A program made the position numbers and the translations under genes. From Tubulanus polymorphus (taxonomy: Eukaryota > Animalia > Nemertea), in assembly GCF_964204645.1 (NCBI RefSeq), contig NC_134036.1, positions 2,294,001 through 2,358,000 on the forward strand: a stretch of 64,000 bases of DNA. The letters run 5' to 3'. The notes under the pieces were generated by a model, which was given only the letters and a program-made list of their open reading frames with translations, was not told where the DNA came from and did no database searches. Shown here in pieces: positions 26,861-38,270 of this stretch (its first letter is position 1; each line of letters starts with the position of its first letter).

Positions 26861-27062
26861 AAGCCCAACGCACACAGCACCGAAAAAAACCTTTTTTTTA
26901 CTCGTGAAAAAACGTTTTCGATGTTTTTCGTTATGCCGTGTGCGGGGAAGGCAAAACACAAAACGCAGAACTGAAAAACGTTTTTCACGAGCAAAAAACG
27001 TTTTCTGAAAAACGTGTTTTCTGTTTCGCCGAAACAAATGTTTCACCATGTGCGTTGGGCTT
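26861..27062. mobile_element. ~200-bp MITE (Harbinger-like ends), family B
   Basis: Perfect 14-bp TIR aagcccaacgcaca / tgtgcgttgggctt and internal repeats of aaaaacgttttc. The TSD is imperfect. Confidence 0.7.
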
Positions 27063-28804
27063 TCACTCCAACGGATTCGATGTCGAGAGTTTAGCATCAC
27101 CGAAATAAAATCGAACCTTCAAAAATTCAGTTTCAAATGATACCTGTCCCGAATTGATAATATCAATATCATCCTTGATATCTCAGTTGTTTCATTGGCC
27201 CTATTCGATCGTATCAATATCATCTGACCCTCTTGATATCTCACCTGCTGAAACTTACTATCACAAAAATATCGGATGTAAAAGTTCTATTACGCGTGTA
27301 GCGGCAGCTGTATATAGCTAAAGGTATCGTCTGCGTGTGCCATAGGGGAGAGTGAGAGTGATGACCTACTAAACTCTACATCAACTGGATGCTTTCGAGC
27401 TAAATGTGTCAGTGATTATTTTCATGCCGGCTCGAATTGCAAATAACAAGGGATCAGTTTCACAAAATAGGTTTAAATCGATCGATATGATCACGAATCG
27501 ATTTAGGTCTGTATATCGTTGAGTAAAACTGAGTCCAGTAGTGCAAAGGACAATCCACAAATTCATGGTAAAAGTACAAAAGTAAGCAACGAAAGTGAAA
27601 TCGATAAAATCGGCTCCAGATATGAATCCGCATGAATCGATAGGCGTTTATCTTTCAGTAAGACAGAATCCACTTATTGCGAAGGACAATTCACCAAAAT
27701 ACAAGGGGCCATTTCATGGTGAAAGTACAAAAGTTTGAAACATAAGTGAAATCGATACAATGTCAGGTCCATAAAGGCTATCGGGTGGCAACCAAAAAAG
27801 GGATGTATTTAAAATAGATTTTTGGTTGATTGGGTTTGATGTCTTGCTGATTTTTGGTCGCACCAGACGAATCCTGTTTGCGATTACTGCCAAGAAAGAT
27901 GGCAAACTACTGAAACATGACCTGCCAAATGTTTTTGACAGCGAAACCTCAAAAACGATAAAGGCTCGAATTTTATTACTGACCTGAATCGAGTGCAAAA
28001 ATGAGGACCTTTAATTCAACGAAGACCAGCTAAGACAAGAAAATCCCAAAGAATGTTGCGATGGTTCACTACTGGCATCAGTCACTCTCAGTATTGAGAG
28101 CCTGCGTGCACTTTCAATCATAACTGTATGAAACATTATTCACACACCTTTCCATCGAGCAGACGATATGGTATGTATATCGGCTATTATTCAGTGAACT
28201 TCTAAAGAAAGGTGACCTCCTTCTTGTGTTTAGAATCACACCAGTCGGAGGATGGGTCTATTGTTGACCACTTTGAAAAAGGACACAACTAGTATCTGTC
28301 TCGGGTCGACCTGTTTCTATCTAGAAAGGCAACAATTTGGACAATATTGACACTCTTTCAAATATAGAGAGATGACCTCCATCTTTTATAAACAGCTTGT
28401 TTACATTTCTTTTCAATAATCGCTATAATACCTTTACTCCCGGTGTAAGCAGGCACGCGCTTACGCATTCCGAGAAGATTTGTAAACCAATATTAACATC
28501 CTAGCAACCGAACCACGATTATACCAACAAAGTTGTGATAGGAATTTCAACGAATCTGGATCCATCTCCAACATCAGTTCCTGATACTTCTTCAGTATTT
28601 GCCTGGGAAATAAGTAGAACTGTAGACTGTGGACTATGTTGTATTGACGTATATAGTTAGCGGCGATGAGGATCGTTTGATTGACAGACGACCGATAAAA
28701 GGCTGTCAACAATTACCATAAACAAAGCCAGACGAAAAAATATCCATCACTAACCTCTTTTTTCTGAAAGCCGTTATTGCACTATCACATATTTTCATTG
28801 AATT

Positions 28805-29200
28805 TGATAATGTCATAGGGGATTTTAAAATGTAGACAACTTTTTAGGAAGTGTATATGACACCACCAGATTAATTTGATAATGATGACGTCATAGGGGG
28901 AACAAAGAACCGAAAGGTTCTAGAAGGGTCTTTAAAGATTGGATTAATATGGAGGCAGCTCTCATCAGATCTGAGGGTATTTTTAATGTTTCTACAGAAT
29001 GGGACGTCAATTTGATGATGTCATAGGGGGAATTGTTCGAGGCAGACATCTTTTTGCTATATCACGATACCGATTCTATGATGTCATAGGGTGATTAATT
29101 CATCAATCGGTTCTGGAAGGGTCTATAGATGTGATGTATGGACGCGGGCAAGGACTGAGGGTATTTGTCAAGTTTCTCCAGGATGGGACGATGGAGACTT
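28805..29200 (+). repeat. Second cluster of the tgatgtcataggggg degenerate repeat
   Basis: Four copies of the same core as 8305-9700. Confidence 0.65.
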
Positions 29201-30354
29201 TTACTAGCGGTCAATAGCGCGAATTCTGTCGTATATTTACAATACGCCTATTAAATATTCAAATTCTGTATTTACCCGATAAGACAAAAACACAATAGAC
29301 GCAGACGACACCTCGTATCGGAAGCCTATTGTATGTCTATTCAAGCCCGACGCCTTCCGCAGGATATCCGCTCCATAATTCAATTGGTCATTTTATAAAC
29401 AGTAACTCAACTGCCTTTATCGTCGAAGGATAGAATCGATTTTTAAAGTGTCTCTCTAATCGTATTCCATAGCAAGGGTAGAAATTCGCAAATAATTTCA
29501 GTTTTACCGTCATGATATTGAATCGATTTCTAGCACAAATTATTTCCTAAAATCAAAGGGGAAATTTGCATATAATTTTTTTTTGGGTAATTATTTTATC
29601 TCATTTCTTGTGCCTATACCACCGAGTAGCACGTTTAAAAAAAAACAGGTTAAATTTAATTTACAATAAAAGCTTGAATTAACCCGTTTCAGAAAAATGG
29701 GTTTATTTAACAAAAAAAAAATTCTCTTCATTTTCAGTCTTTATTTCAGTTTCAAGTTTAACCAGGTTTTACTAATAAATTCAACTCTTTCGAGGACCTT
29801 ACTTAACAAACTTACCCGTTAATGATGTTCACTAATAGATAATCCTATAGATAATCCTTAATTCAATCCTATAAAAAAGCCTTCGCCTTAGCATATAGAT
29901 AATCTCACAGATAAACCAACAGATAATCCAAAAGATAAGTACAGATATATAGATACGTCAAAAGATAATCCAATAGATAATCCGGAAGATAATCCGATGG
30001 ATAATCCTATAGATAGACAAATGGTATTGTGCGACTATATCAGAGAGTCGTCTGCTCAGAGTGAGATTCACATCTGTCACAGACTAACAGACGACCAATG
30101 ATTGTATGGACATGTATTCACTGATACTTGTTGCTCATTTTGTCTCTCTCTCTCTCTCTACTATAGGTTACGGGGGTGTCGTGTTATCGATTAATCGAAT
30201 TGTTAGACAGATGATATAGAAAAACTCAGTCGCGCCACCTGGTGGTATAATTATCAAGTCAATATTGCCGTTTAATTCTAAGCACACACCACACCACTAA
30301 ACTCCTTTCCTGTGAGTGAAAACTCGTTTGTACCGGGAACAGTGTTTTTCCAGA

Positions 30355-30800
30355 TTAAACATAGCCGCAAGGCAGCAATCTTAAAAGGTAAACTATGTAT
30401 GTTAGGTAGAAGGAATGGGGGATTGTTTTTCCGAAAGACCCATTAAAGAAATAGACCATGAATAAAAAAAGAAACGCAATGAAATTTCTTCAACACTCGC
30501 TATCAAATATGGCCGCAAAGCAGCTTTCTTAAAAAGTGAACTTTATATACGTTTTATAGAAGAACCAGATGTGGAAATCGTTTTTCTCTAGATGCCATGC
30601 GTCCTGCAAGACCCATTAAAGAAATATATTAAGACGTAACACAGCGAGGTCTCTCAAACAGCTGCCAACAAATATGGCCGCAAGGCAGCTATCTTAAGAG
30701 GTAAACTGTGTATGTTATACAGAAGGACTGGAACCGCGGAATTTTCTTTTCTCCTGACAGACCCATTAAATAAATAGATTAAAAAAGAAACGGAGCGAGA
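30355..30800. repeat. ~150-bp degenerate tandem repeat, 3 units
   Basis: atggccgcaa(a/g)gcagc...cttaa...agacccattaaa occurs three times; the reverse-complement core recurs at 52925-53315, ~57725 and ~59790. Confidence 0.75.
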
Positions 30801-32304
30801 TCTCTTCACCACCTGCCCGGTACTACATGAGAGTATGAGAGAGAGTTTTATTGTCGTCTGTCGGTGAGATAGCCGCGGGGATTCACGGGTAAATGAACTA
30901 ACGGCCGTTTAACTACGATTAATCACGTGATTTATTGCCGCGCGGGTCGCCGGCAGACGACATTGTTTTAGCAGTTATTCGCACATTAGCAGTTTGAATC
31001 AGGAAATTGGAACTATGGAAGAAGAACAGGTGCTCGGGTCTTTCGAACCTGGTAGGACACCACTAACAGGAGCCTTTCTCGCAATAGTTTAACCTTGGAG
31101 TTATCGTTGTACTCCAAGGTTTATCCAACGTAAGTAACGTTACGGACGTGTCCCGATTTGGGTTCGGACATTTCGAACTAAAATCTATCCAACCCTTGTA
31201 AGACATTATCAACATGTTTTAAGGCGTCTCGGTGTGGGCTGGGCAACTCTAAACCGCATTTAAATGAATGCCCTGGGGCCTTGCTTACAGTCTTACATTT
31301 TTGCCCGGTAGTCAGATCCCAATAATCAACAACCATCGCGATCGTAGGTAGCCTACCAGATTACCCCTCGCATCGTCATGGCAAGCGGACCTTGAGACAA
31401 GTTCACAATTTATGAAGATGTACGGCGCGCGTCTGCGTATCGGTTTTTCGTAACGGTTTTATAACGGTCTCATATTTCAAAATTTGAAGAGCAATTTCAC
31501 ATCATCGAGAACGAGCGGTGCGTTGCGCGAGGGACTCCGGGGCGTTTTATATCACATAGATCACCCAACCCGTCACGGGTTCGGTGCGATCGTCGCTCGT
31601 TATTTTGCGTGGAGAAAAATTGAAGCAATTTCGTGTCATGGATTTCACCAGACAGACGAAATGTGAAATGATCCGTCTGCTAACACCTGTCGAGTACGAA
31701 ACTATAAGCCTAAAACGGATACCTCCGATTTAGACAAAAATTAATACCTTGTTTCTTTCTTCTAATCGGCCGGGTCATTTTTGTAAACAGCAATAAAATT
31801 TCAAATCAGTTCATTTTCTATAACTGACGGGTCTGTTATTGTTAGCTTTATCATGATTTTAAAGAAAAAAAGTAATGTACAGATAGGCGGCAGGCCGGGT
31901 CAAATTTTAAGCTCAGCAGATACGTGAAGCAATTTTTGGCCTAATGAAAGACAAAATGGCCTAAAATAAGAGATTTCAAACACGCCTGATGATAGAAGTC
32001 TGTCTAAGAACAGTCAGTCAGTGTATCGGTCACGTGCCAGGTGACCCCAGATGTCACAATACGCGTGTCCATTGTAAAAGACGTGGGCGTGGTCGGAGAT
32101 TGACGGAATTTACCGAGTGCTCACGAAAAACGAGATACCATTATCATAAATATAGTCATATATTTGTAACTGTAGCATCATTGCTTGTTGATTGATCTAA
32201 TTAAGTGTAATATAAATTTAGATAAAATTCCGACTGAAATCTGTGGAAAATTCTAAAAGACCGATTTTGTGGCGGAAAAAAATCTGAATTTTGTCGAAAG
32301 TAAA

Positions 32305-32340
32305 ACACCGTGTTTAAAGGCAGTGGTTTCGGGGTATAAA
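32305..32340 (+). promoter_or_regulatory. PSE-like element (-58) and TATAAA (-28) of U5 copy 1
   Basis: acaccgtgtttaaagg resembles the metazoan snRNA proximal sequence element and is at the expected distance; identical in all four copies. Confidence 0.65.
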
Positions 32341-32362
32341 TACCTCGAGGACTGTCAGCTGA

Positions 32363-32482
32363 ATCACTCTGGTTTCTCTTCAACCGCGTTTAAATCTTTC
32401 GCCTTTTACTAAAGATTTCCGTGGAGAGGAACAATCAATGAGTCTATAGACTATTTTTGAAGCCCTCCTAACCAGGAGGGTA
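32363..32482 (+). ncRNA. U5: U5 spliceosomal snRNA, copy 1
   Basis: actctggtttctcttca...aaatctttc-GCCTTTTAC-taaagatttccgtggagaggaacaa matches metazoan U5, including invariant loop 1 (32401-32409). Sm site ATTTTTG at 32453-32459; 3' hairpin gccctcct-aacc-aggagggt. Exact ends are approximate. Confidence 0.95.
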
Positions 32483-33222
32483 ACTTATAACGATAATGTA
32501 AAATGGCATTCAGCCGGTGGCCTAGCTTAGAATTAGGTCCAGTCTAAGACTATTTTGGTTATATTGTCGATGTAACATTTTACTACCGATCTAATGAATA
32601 AAGATAACACTTGGACTACTTATAAGGCTTTGTTATTGGGGCGGGTGATTTGCTGTAGCATTTTAACAACCTGATAATTCAAACGGAAAAGAAATGCAGA
32701 TTAAACTATTTTGCAAAAAACTAACCCCCTCCCAGTTTTGGTGTCGGTTTTATGAATTCATCCGTTGTAAAAACATTGTTAAAATATCATCGTCCTTTTC
32801 TTTTCCAGTTTGAGAAATGTTCGGACAGTTTTGATGCCTCTCTATTAGATTCTCATCGAAATTTTTTCCCTTATAATTGTGGGTTTTTCTTACTTTACGT
32901 TCAAACTATTGTATATTCAATCAGTTTTTATTTACTTATATAAACAGTTTGATCTTTGTTAACTTTCAGCAGTGAATAACTTCGCTACTTCGCGTGAGTT
33001 CGATGTATACCGGTAATTGAATTAAATCGCAGTAGATATCACTACAACACGGAAAGCTAAGGACGGCGTCCAGATTCACCCGAATTAAGTTAAACCCGGA
33101 TTATGAATAATAGTTTAGATGATGGTTCCTGTTTAGATGGACCGAATATTTCATCCGAAGTAAATGGAAATCCGGAGCGAGTTCCACTGTAGAATTGTCT
33201 CATCTCAACTCACGCCAGCTAT

Positions 33223-34287
33223 TCATCGAAAACGAGAACCTTTTCTAGAGCAAGCTTTACTGAGAATGTCAATGGACGATTTTCTGAATTTTTCATTTGT
33301 CACACAATATATAATGAAATTTACTGACGAATCAACAATTGAAAATGCCAATGCGATTGTTCTAAAAGAAAAACCGATTTCCATTATGGGGAACCATTGT
33401 TTTCTACGATCCACAAATCCCAAACCTTCGCAAATAATAAACAATAAAACAACTGATAAAACCATCCTTAAAACCCTCATTTCCCTTCTAGACGATTCAT
33501 CAGTTACACCGAGCTCTGAACGTCGAGTAACCCGACGGTAAAATGTCGCCGAAATAAGAATAACATTGATGAAAACCAAAATGAACAGAGGAAATGTGAC
33601 GGTAAGATATAAGAAAAAAGTCTGCCCAGAAACTGAATAATGCCAGAAAAGTATGTCAAAGTTGTACCGGATCTTTCTACCACGCCGTCTTGTGATATAA
33701 GGCCAATAGTCTGGACAATTCAGGAATCCAAGATGTTTGGGGGGTATCAATTTACCTAAATGACCACAAAAACCCAACAAAGAAATAAATAACATTGCGC
33801 CCTGTGAGATCAGCTTTCTGGGAATTCTACGAGATTTTATTGGAAACAATACGACGATTAACCGCTCTAGACTGAGCAGTACAGTGCACCAGTTACGTGT
33901 CATCTGAAATATATAGAAAAACGGCACAGATATTGAAGTAAAAATCCACCCGAGATTCCAGTCATCTACGCGGAACAACATATCTCCCAAAACGGCGTAA
34001 ATGTACGCAGTTCTCAGCGGATAAAGAATGAATGTAGCGATCATTAACAAAATATCGTTTATAGCGAGAATTTTGATGAGAAAATAAACATCAGATTTAA
34101 AGCGTTTTAGAACTAACAACGTGAATGCGTTGAATGTTATACCTAGTACTGACGCCGGTAGATAACATCCTAAATACATTAGAACATTGAATTTAAATTT
34201 TACATTAACCGGACGAGTTTGGACTCTCTGACACCAGCTGAGCTGCGGGGCCGGGTGACTTGTCGTATTGTCGCTAGGAGCGAACAT
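33223..34287 (-). CDS. Intronless class-A GPCR, FMRFamide/peptide-receptor-like or chemoreceptor-like, paralog 1 (354 aa)
   Basis: Seven hydrophobic segments; GITFN (TM1), LAIND (TM2), SLERL (TM3), FIICE (TM6), DSSVNFIIYC (TM7), helix 8 EKFR; N-terminal NTT sequon. Confidence 0.92.
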   Translation of the reverse strand: MFAPSDNTTSHPAPQLSWCQRVQTRPVNVKFKFNVLMYLGCYLPASVLGITFNAFTLLVLKRFKSDVYFLIKILAINDILLMIATFILYPLRTAYIYAVLGDMLFRVDDWNLGWIFTSISVPFFYIFQMTRNWCTVLLSLERLIVVLFPIKSRRIPRKLISQGAMLFISLLGFCGHLGKLIPPKHLGFLNCPDYWPYITRRRGRKIRYNFDILFWHYSVSGQTFFLYLTVTFPLFILVFINVILISATFYRRVTRRSELGVTDESSRREMRVLRMVLSVVLLFIICEGLGFVDRRKQWFPIMEIGFSFRTIALAFSIVDSSVNFIIYCVTNEKFRKSSIDILSKACSRKGSRFR

Positions 34288-35235
34288 TTTCGGCCGCTGT
34301 AATAAGTCTCTGGTTAGCGTTCTATTGTACGAATCATGTTGAACGATCTGTTGAATGATAAATTGAAGTAAATTGGACCCTTGTTACATCAGACTCCTGC
34401 CGAGTATATCCGACCAATCAAGTCACGTTTCACCAAGTTATCATTATTTCATCTCTGTTGAATGCAGTCCATCTAATAAACCATAATGGAACATTTGAAT
34501 AAATGTGTTCTACATCGGTCGGAGAGGAGTAAATTGAATCTAATTCTCATATCTTATTAGATATAGTTTCTGTTAAGCCTTCGGTCCTAAATTCTTTCTC
34601 TATTCATACATATTTATGTAGATATAGGTGAAACTTTCTGGAATATTTTACTGAAATAATCGCGCATAGCTTTCACACAAACCACACACATGAATACGAG
34701 AGTTCTCACTTCACAGTTTGTTGGGTCATTCGGGGCCGATAACAAACCCCCTGTTCCGATACCGGCAGGTGTCGTGGGTTTGTAAGGGACACCAAGATCG
34801 AAAACCAAACGGAATCTACCAATCAAATAGATAACGGGGTCAATCCTTATTTTAAGATAAAAAAATATTCTGTGTTGTTAAAGAAACCCTGTTCAGTAAT
34901 AACTGGGTTCGAACCTATAACACCGAAAAGTAAGGCATTTTATCTAATGTTTAGCCGCGATCATACGGAGACGATTTGGTCCGAGTCACATTAGAGGGTG
35001 GCGAGTGAGGCGAGCAACTAGTCGTAGATTGACGGAATTTACCGAGTGCTCACGGAAAACAAGTTACCATCATTATGATTATCATATATTTGTAACTGTA
35101 GCATCATTGCTTGTTGATTGATCTAATTAAGTGTAATATGAATTTGGATAAAATTCCGACTGAAATCTGTGGAAAATTCTGGCTAAAAGACCCGATTTTG
35201 TGGCGGAAAAAAATCTGAATTTTGTCGAAAGTAAA

Positions 35236-35271
35236 ACACCGTGTTTAAAGGCAATGGTTTCGGGGTATAAA
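35236..35271 (+). promoter_or_regulatory. PSE-like element and TATAAA of U5 copy 2
   Basis: Same motifs and spacing as copy 1. Confidence 0.65.
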
Positions 35272-35292
35272 TACCTCAAGGAATTTTCTCTG

Positions 35293-35414
35293 ATTCACTC
35301 TGGTTTCTCTTCAACCGCGTTTAAATCTTTCGCCTTTTACTAAAGATTTCCGTGGAGAGGAACAATCAATGAGTCTATGGACTGATTTTTGAAGCCCTCC
35401 TAACCAGGAGGGTA
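35293..35414 (+). ncRNA. U5: U5 snRNA, copy 2
   Basis: Intact loop 1 GCCTTTTAC, Sm site GATTTTTG and 3' hairpin. Confidence 0.95.
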
Positions 35415-36165
35415 ACTTATAACGATAATGTAAAATGGCATTCAGCCGGTGGCCTAGCTTAGAATTAGGTCCAGTCTAAGACTATTTTGGTTATATTGTC
35501 GATGTAACATTTTACTACCGATCTAATGTATTAAGATAACACTTGGACTACTTATAAGGCTTTGTTATTAGGGCGGGTGATTTGCTGTAGCATTTTGACA
35601 ATATGATAATTCAAACAGTGAAGAAATGCAGATTAACCTGTTTTGCAAAAAACTAACTCCCCCCTCCCAGTTTTGGTGTCGGTTTTATGAATTCATCCGT
35701 TGTAAAAACATTGTTAAAATATCATCGTCCTTTTTGTCCTTTCTTTTCCAGTTTGAGAAATGTTCGGACAGTTTTGATGCCTCTCTATTAGATTCTCATC
35801 GAGATTTTCTTTAAAATTTAATTGTGGGTTTTTTCTTACTTTACGTTCAAACTATTTTATATTCAATCAGTTTTTTTTTACTAATATAAACAGTTTGATC
35901 TTTGTTAACTTTGGGCAGTGAACTTCGCTACTTCGCGTGAGTTCAATGTATACCGGTAATTGAATAAGATCGCAGTAGATATCACTACAACACGGAAAGC
36001 TAAGGACGGCGTCCAGATTCACCCGAATTAAGTTAAACCCGTATTATGAATAATAGTTTAGAAGACTGTTCCAGTTTAATTGGACCGAATATTTCATCCG
36101 AACTAAAAGGAAATCCGGAGCGAGTTCCACTGTAGAATTGTCTCATCTCAACTCACGCCAGCTAT

Positions 36166-37224
36166 TCATCGAAAACCTTTTCTAGAACAAGCTTTACTGA
36201 GAATGTCAATGGACGATTTTCTGAATTTTTCATTTGTCACACAATATATAATGAAATTTACTGACGAATCAACAATTGAAAATGCCAATGCGATTATTCT
36301 AAAAGAAAAACCGATTTCCATTATGGGGAACCATTTTCGTTTACGATCCACAAATCCCAAACCTTCGCAAATAATAAACAATAAAACAACTGATAAAACC
36401 ATCCTTAAAACCCTCATTTCCCTTCTAGACGATTCATCAGTTACACCGAGCTCTGAACGTCGAGTAACCCGACGGTAAAATGTCGCCGAAATAAGAATAA
36501 CATTGATGAAAACCAAAATGAACAGAGGAAATGTGACGGTAAGATATAAGAAAAAAGTCCGCTCTGAAACTGAATAATTCCAGAAATATATGTCAAAGTT
36601 GTACCGGATCTTTCTACCAAGCCGTCTTGTGATATAAGGCCAATAGTCAGGACAATTCAGGAATACAAGATGTTTGAGGGGTAAAAATTGACCTAAATGA
36701 CCACAAAAACCCAACGCAGAAATAAATAACATTGCGCCCTGTGAGATCAGCTTTCTGGGAATTCTACGAGATTTTATTGGAAACAATACGACGATTAACC
36801 GCTCTAGACTGAGCAGTACAGTGCACCAGTTACGAGTCGTCTGAAATATATAGAAAAACGGCAAAGATATTGAAATAAAAATCCACCCGTGTTTCCAGTC
36901 ATCTACGCGGAACAACATATCTCCCAAAACGGCGTAAATGTACGCAACTCTCAGCGGATACAGAATGAATGTAGCGATCATAAACAAAATATCGTTTATA
37001 GCGAGAATTTTGATGAGAAAATAAACATCAGATTTAAACCGTTTTAGAACTAACAACGTGAATGCGTTGAATGTTATACCCAATACTGACGCCGGTAGAT
37101 AACATCCTAAATACATTAGAACATTGAATTTTAATTTGACATCAACCGGACGAGTTTGGACGCTCTGACACCAGCTAAGCTGCAGGACCGGGCCACTTGT
37201 CGTATTGTCGCTAGGAATGAACAT
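36166..37224 (-). CDS. Intronless class-A GPCR, paralog 2 (352 aa)
   Basis: Close paralog of 33223-34287 with the same motifs and a 2-codon deletion at the C-terminus. Confidence 0.92.
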   Translation of the reverse strand: MFIPSDNTTSGPVLQLSWCQSVQTRPVDVKLKFNVLMYLGCYLPASVLGITFNAFTLLVLKRFKSDVYFLIKILAINDILFMIATFILYPLRVAYIYAVLGDMLFRVDDWKHGWIFISISLPFFYIFQTTRNWCTVLLSLERLIVVLFPIKSRRIPRKLISQGAMLFISALGFCGHLGQFLPLKHLVFLNCPDYWPYITRRLGRKIRYNFDIYFWNYSVSERTFFLYLTVTFPLFILVFINVILISATFYRRVTRRSELGVTDESSRREMRVLRMVLSVVLLFIICEGLGFVDRKRKWFPIMEIGFSFRIIALAFSIVDSSVNFIIYCVTNEKFRKSSIDILSKACSRKGFR

Positions 37225-38172
37225 TTTCGGCCGCTGTAGTAAGTCTATGGTTAGCGTTCCATTGTACGAATCAAGTTGAACGATATGTTAAATGATAAAT
37301 TGAAGTAAATTGACCCCTTGTTACATCAGACTCCTGCCGAGTATATCCGACCAATCAAGTCAAGTTTCACCAAGTTATCATTATTTTATCTCTGTTGAAT
37401 GCAGTCCATCTAATAAACCATAATGGAACATTTGGATAAATGTGTTCTACATCGGTCGGAGAGGAGTGAATTGAATCTAATTCTCATATCTTATTAGATA
37501 TAGTTTGTGTTAAGCCTTCGGTCCTAAATTCTTTCTCTATTCATACATATTTATATAGATATAGGTGAAACTTTCTGGAATATTTTACTGCAATAATCGC
37601 GCATCGCTTTCACACAAACCACACACATGAATACGAGAGTTCCCAGTTCACAGTTTGTGTGGTCATTCGGGGCCAATAACAAACTCCCTGTTTCACACCC
37701 AGCAGGTGTGGTGGGTTTGTAAGGGACACCAAGATCGAAAATCAAACGGAATCTACCAATCAAATAGATAACGGGGTCAATTCTTATTTTAAGATAAAAA
37801 AATATTCAGTGCTGTTAAAGAAACCTAGTTCAGTAATAACTGGGTTCGAACCTATAACACCGAAAAGTTAGGCATTTTATCTAATGTTTAGCCGCGATCA
37901 TACGGAGACGATTTGGTCCGAGTCACATTAGAGGGTGGCGAGTGAGGCGAGCACCTAGTCGGAGATTGACGGAATTTACCGAGTGCTCACGGAAAACAAG
38001 TTACCTTCATTATGAATATCATATATTTGTAACTTTAGCTTCATTGCTTTTTGATTGGTCTAATTAAGTGTAATATAAAGTTGAATCAAATTCCGACTGA
38101 AACCGGTGGAAACTTCTGGCTAAAAGACCCGATTTTGTGGCGGAAAAAAATCTGAATTTTGTCGAAAGTAAA

Positions 38173-38208
38173 ACACCGTGTTTAAAGGCAATGATTTCGG
38201 GGTATAAA
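38173..38208 (+). promoter_or_regulatory. PSE-like element and TATAAA of U5 copy 3
   Basis: Same motifs at -58 and -28 from 38231; they now lie upstream of the LINE in sense orientation. Confidence 0.65.
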
Positions 38209-38230
38209 TACCTCGAAGAAAATTGGCTCA

Positions 38231-38253
38231 ATCACTCTGGTTTCTCTTCAACC
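38231..38253 (+). pseudogene. U5: U5 snRNA copy 3, 5' part (nt 1-23), disrupted by LINE
   Basis: atcactctggtttctcttcaacc, after which the retrotransposon begins. Confidence 0.9.
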
Positions 38254-38270
38254 ACATTGTGTAATTTGTA

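Noticed and set aside
34900-34920. B-box-like ggttcgaacc in each array unit (a similar motif occurs at ~55176)
   Set aside because: No A-box or cloverleaf around it; cannot support a tRNA or SINE call.
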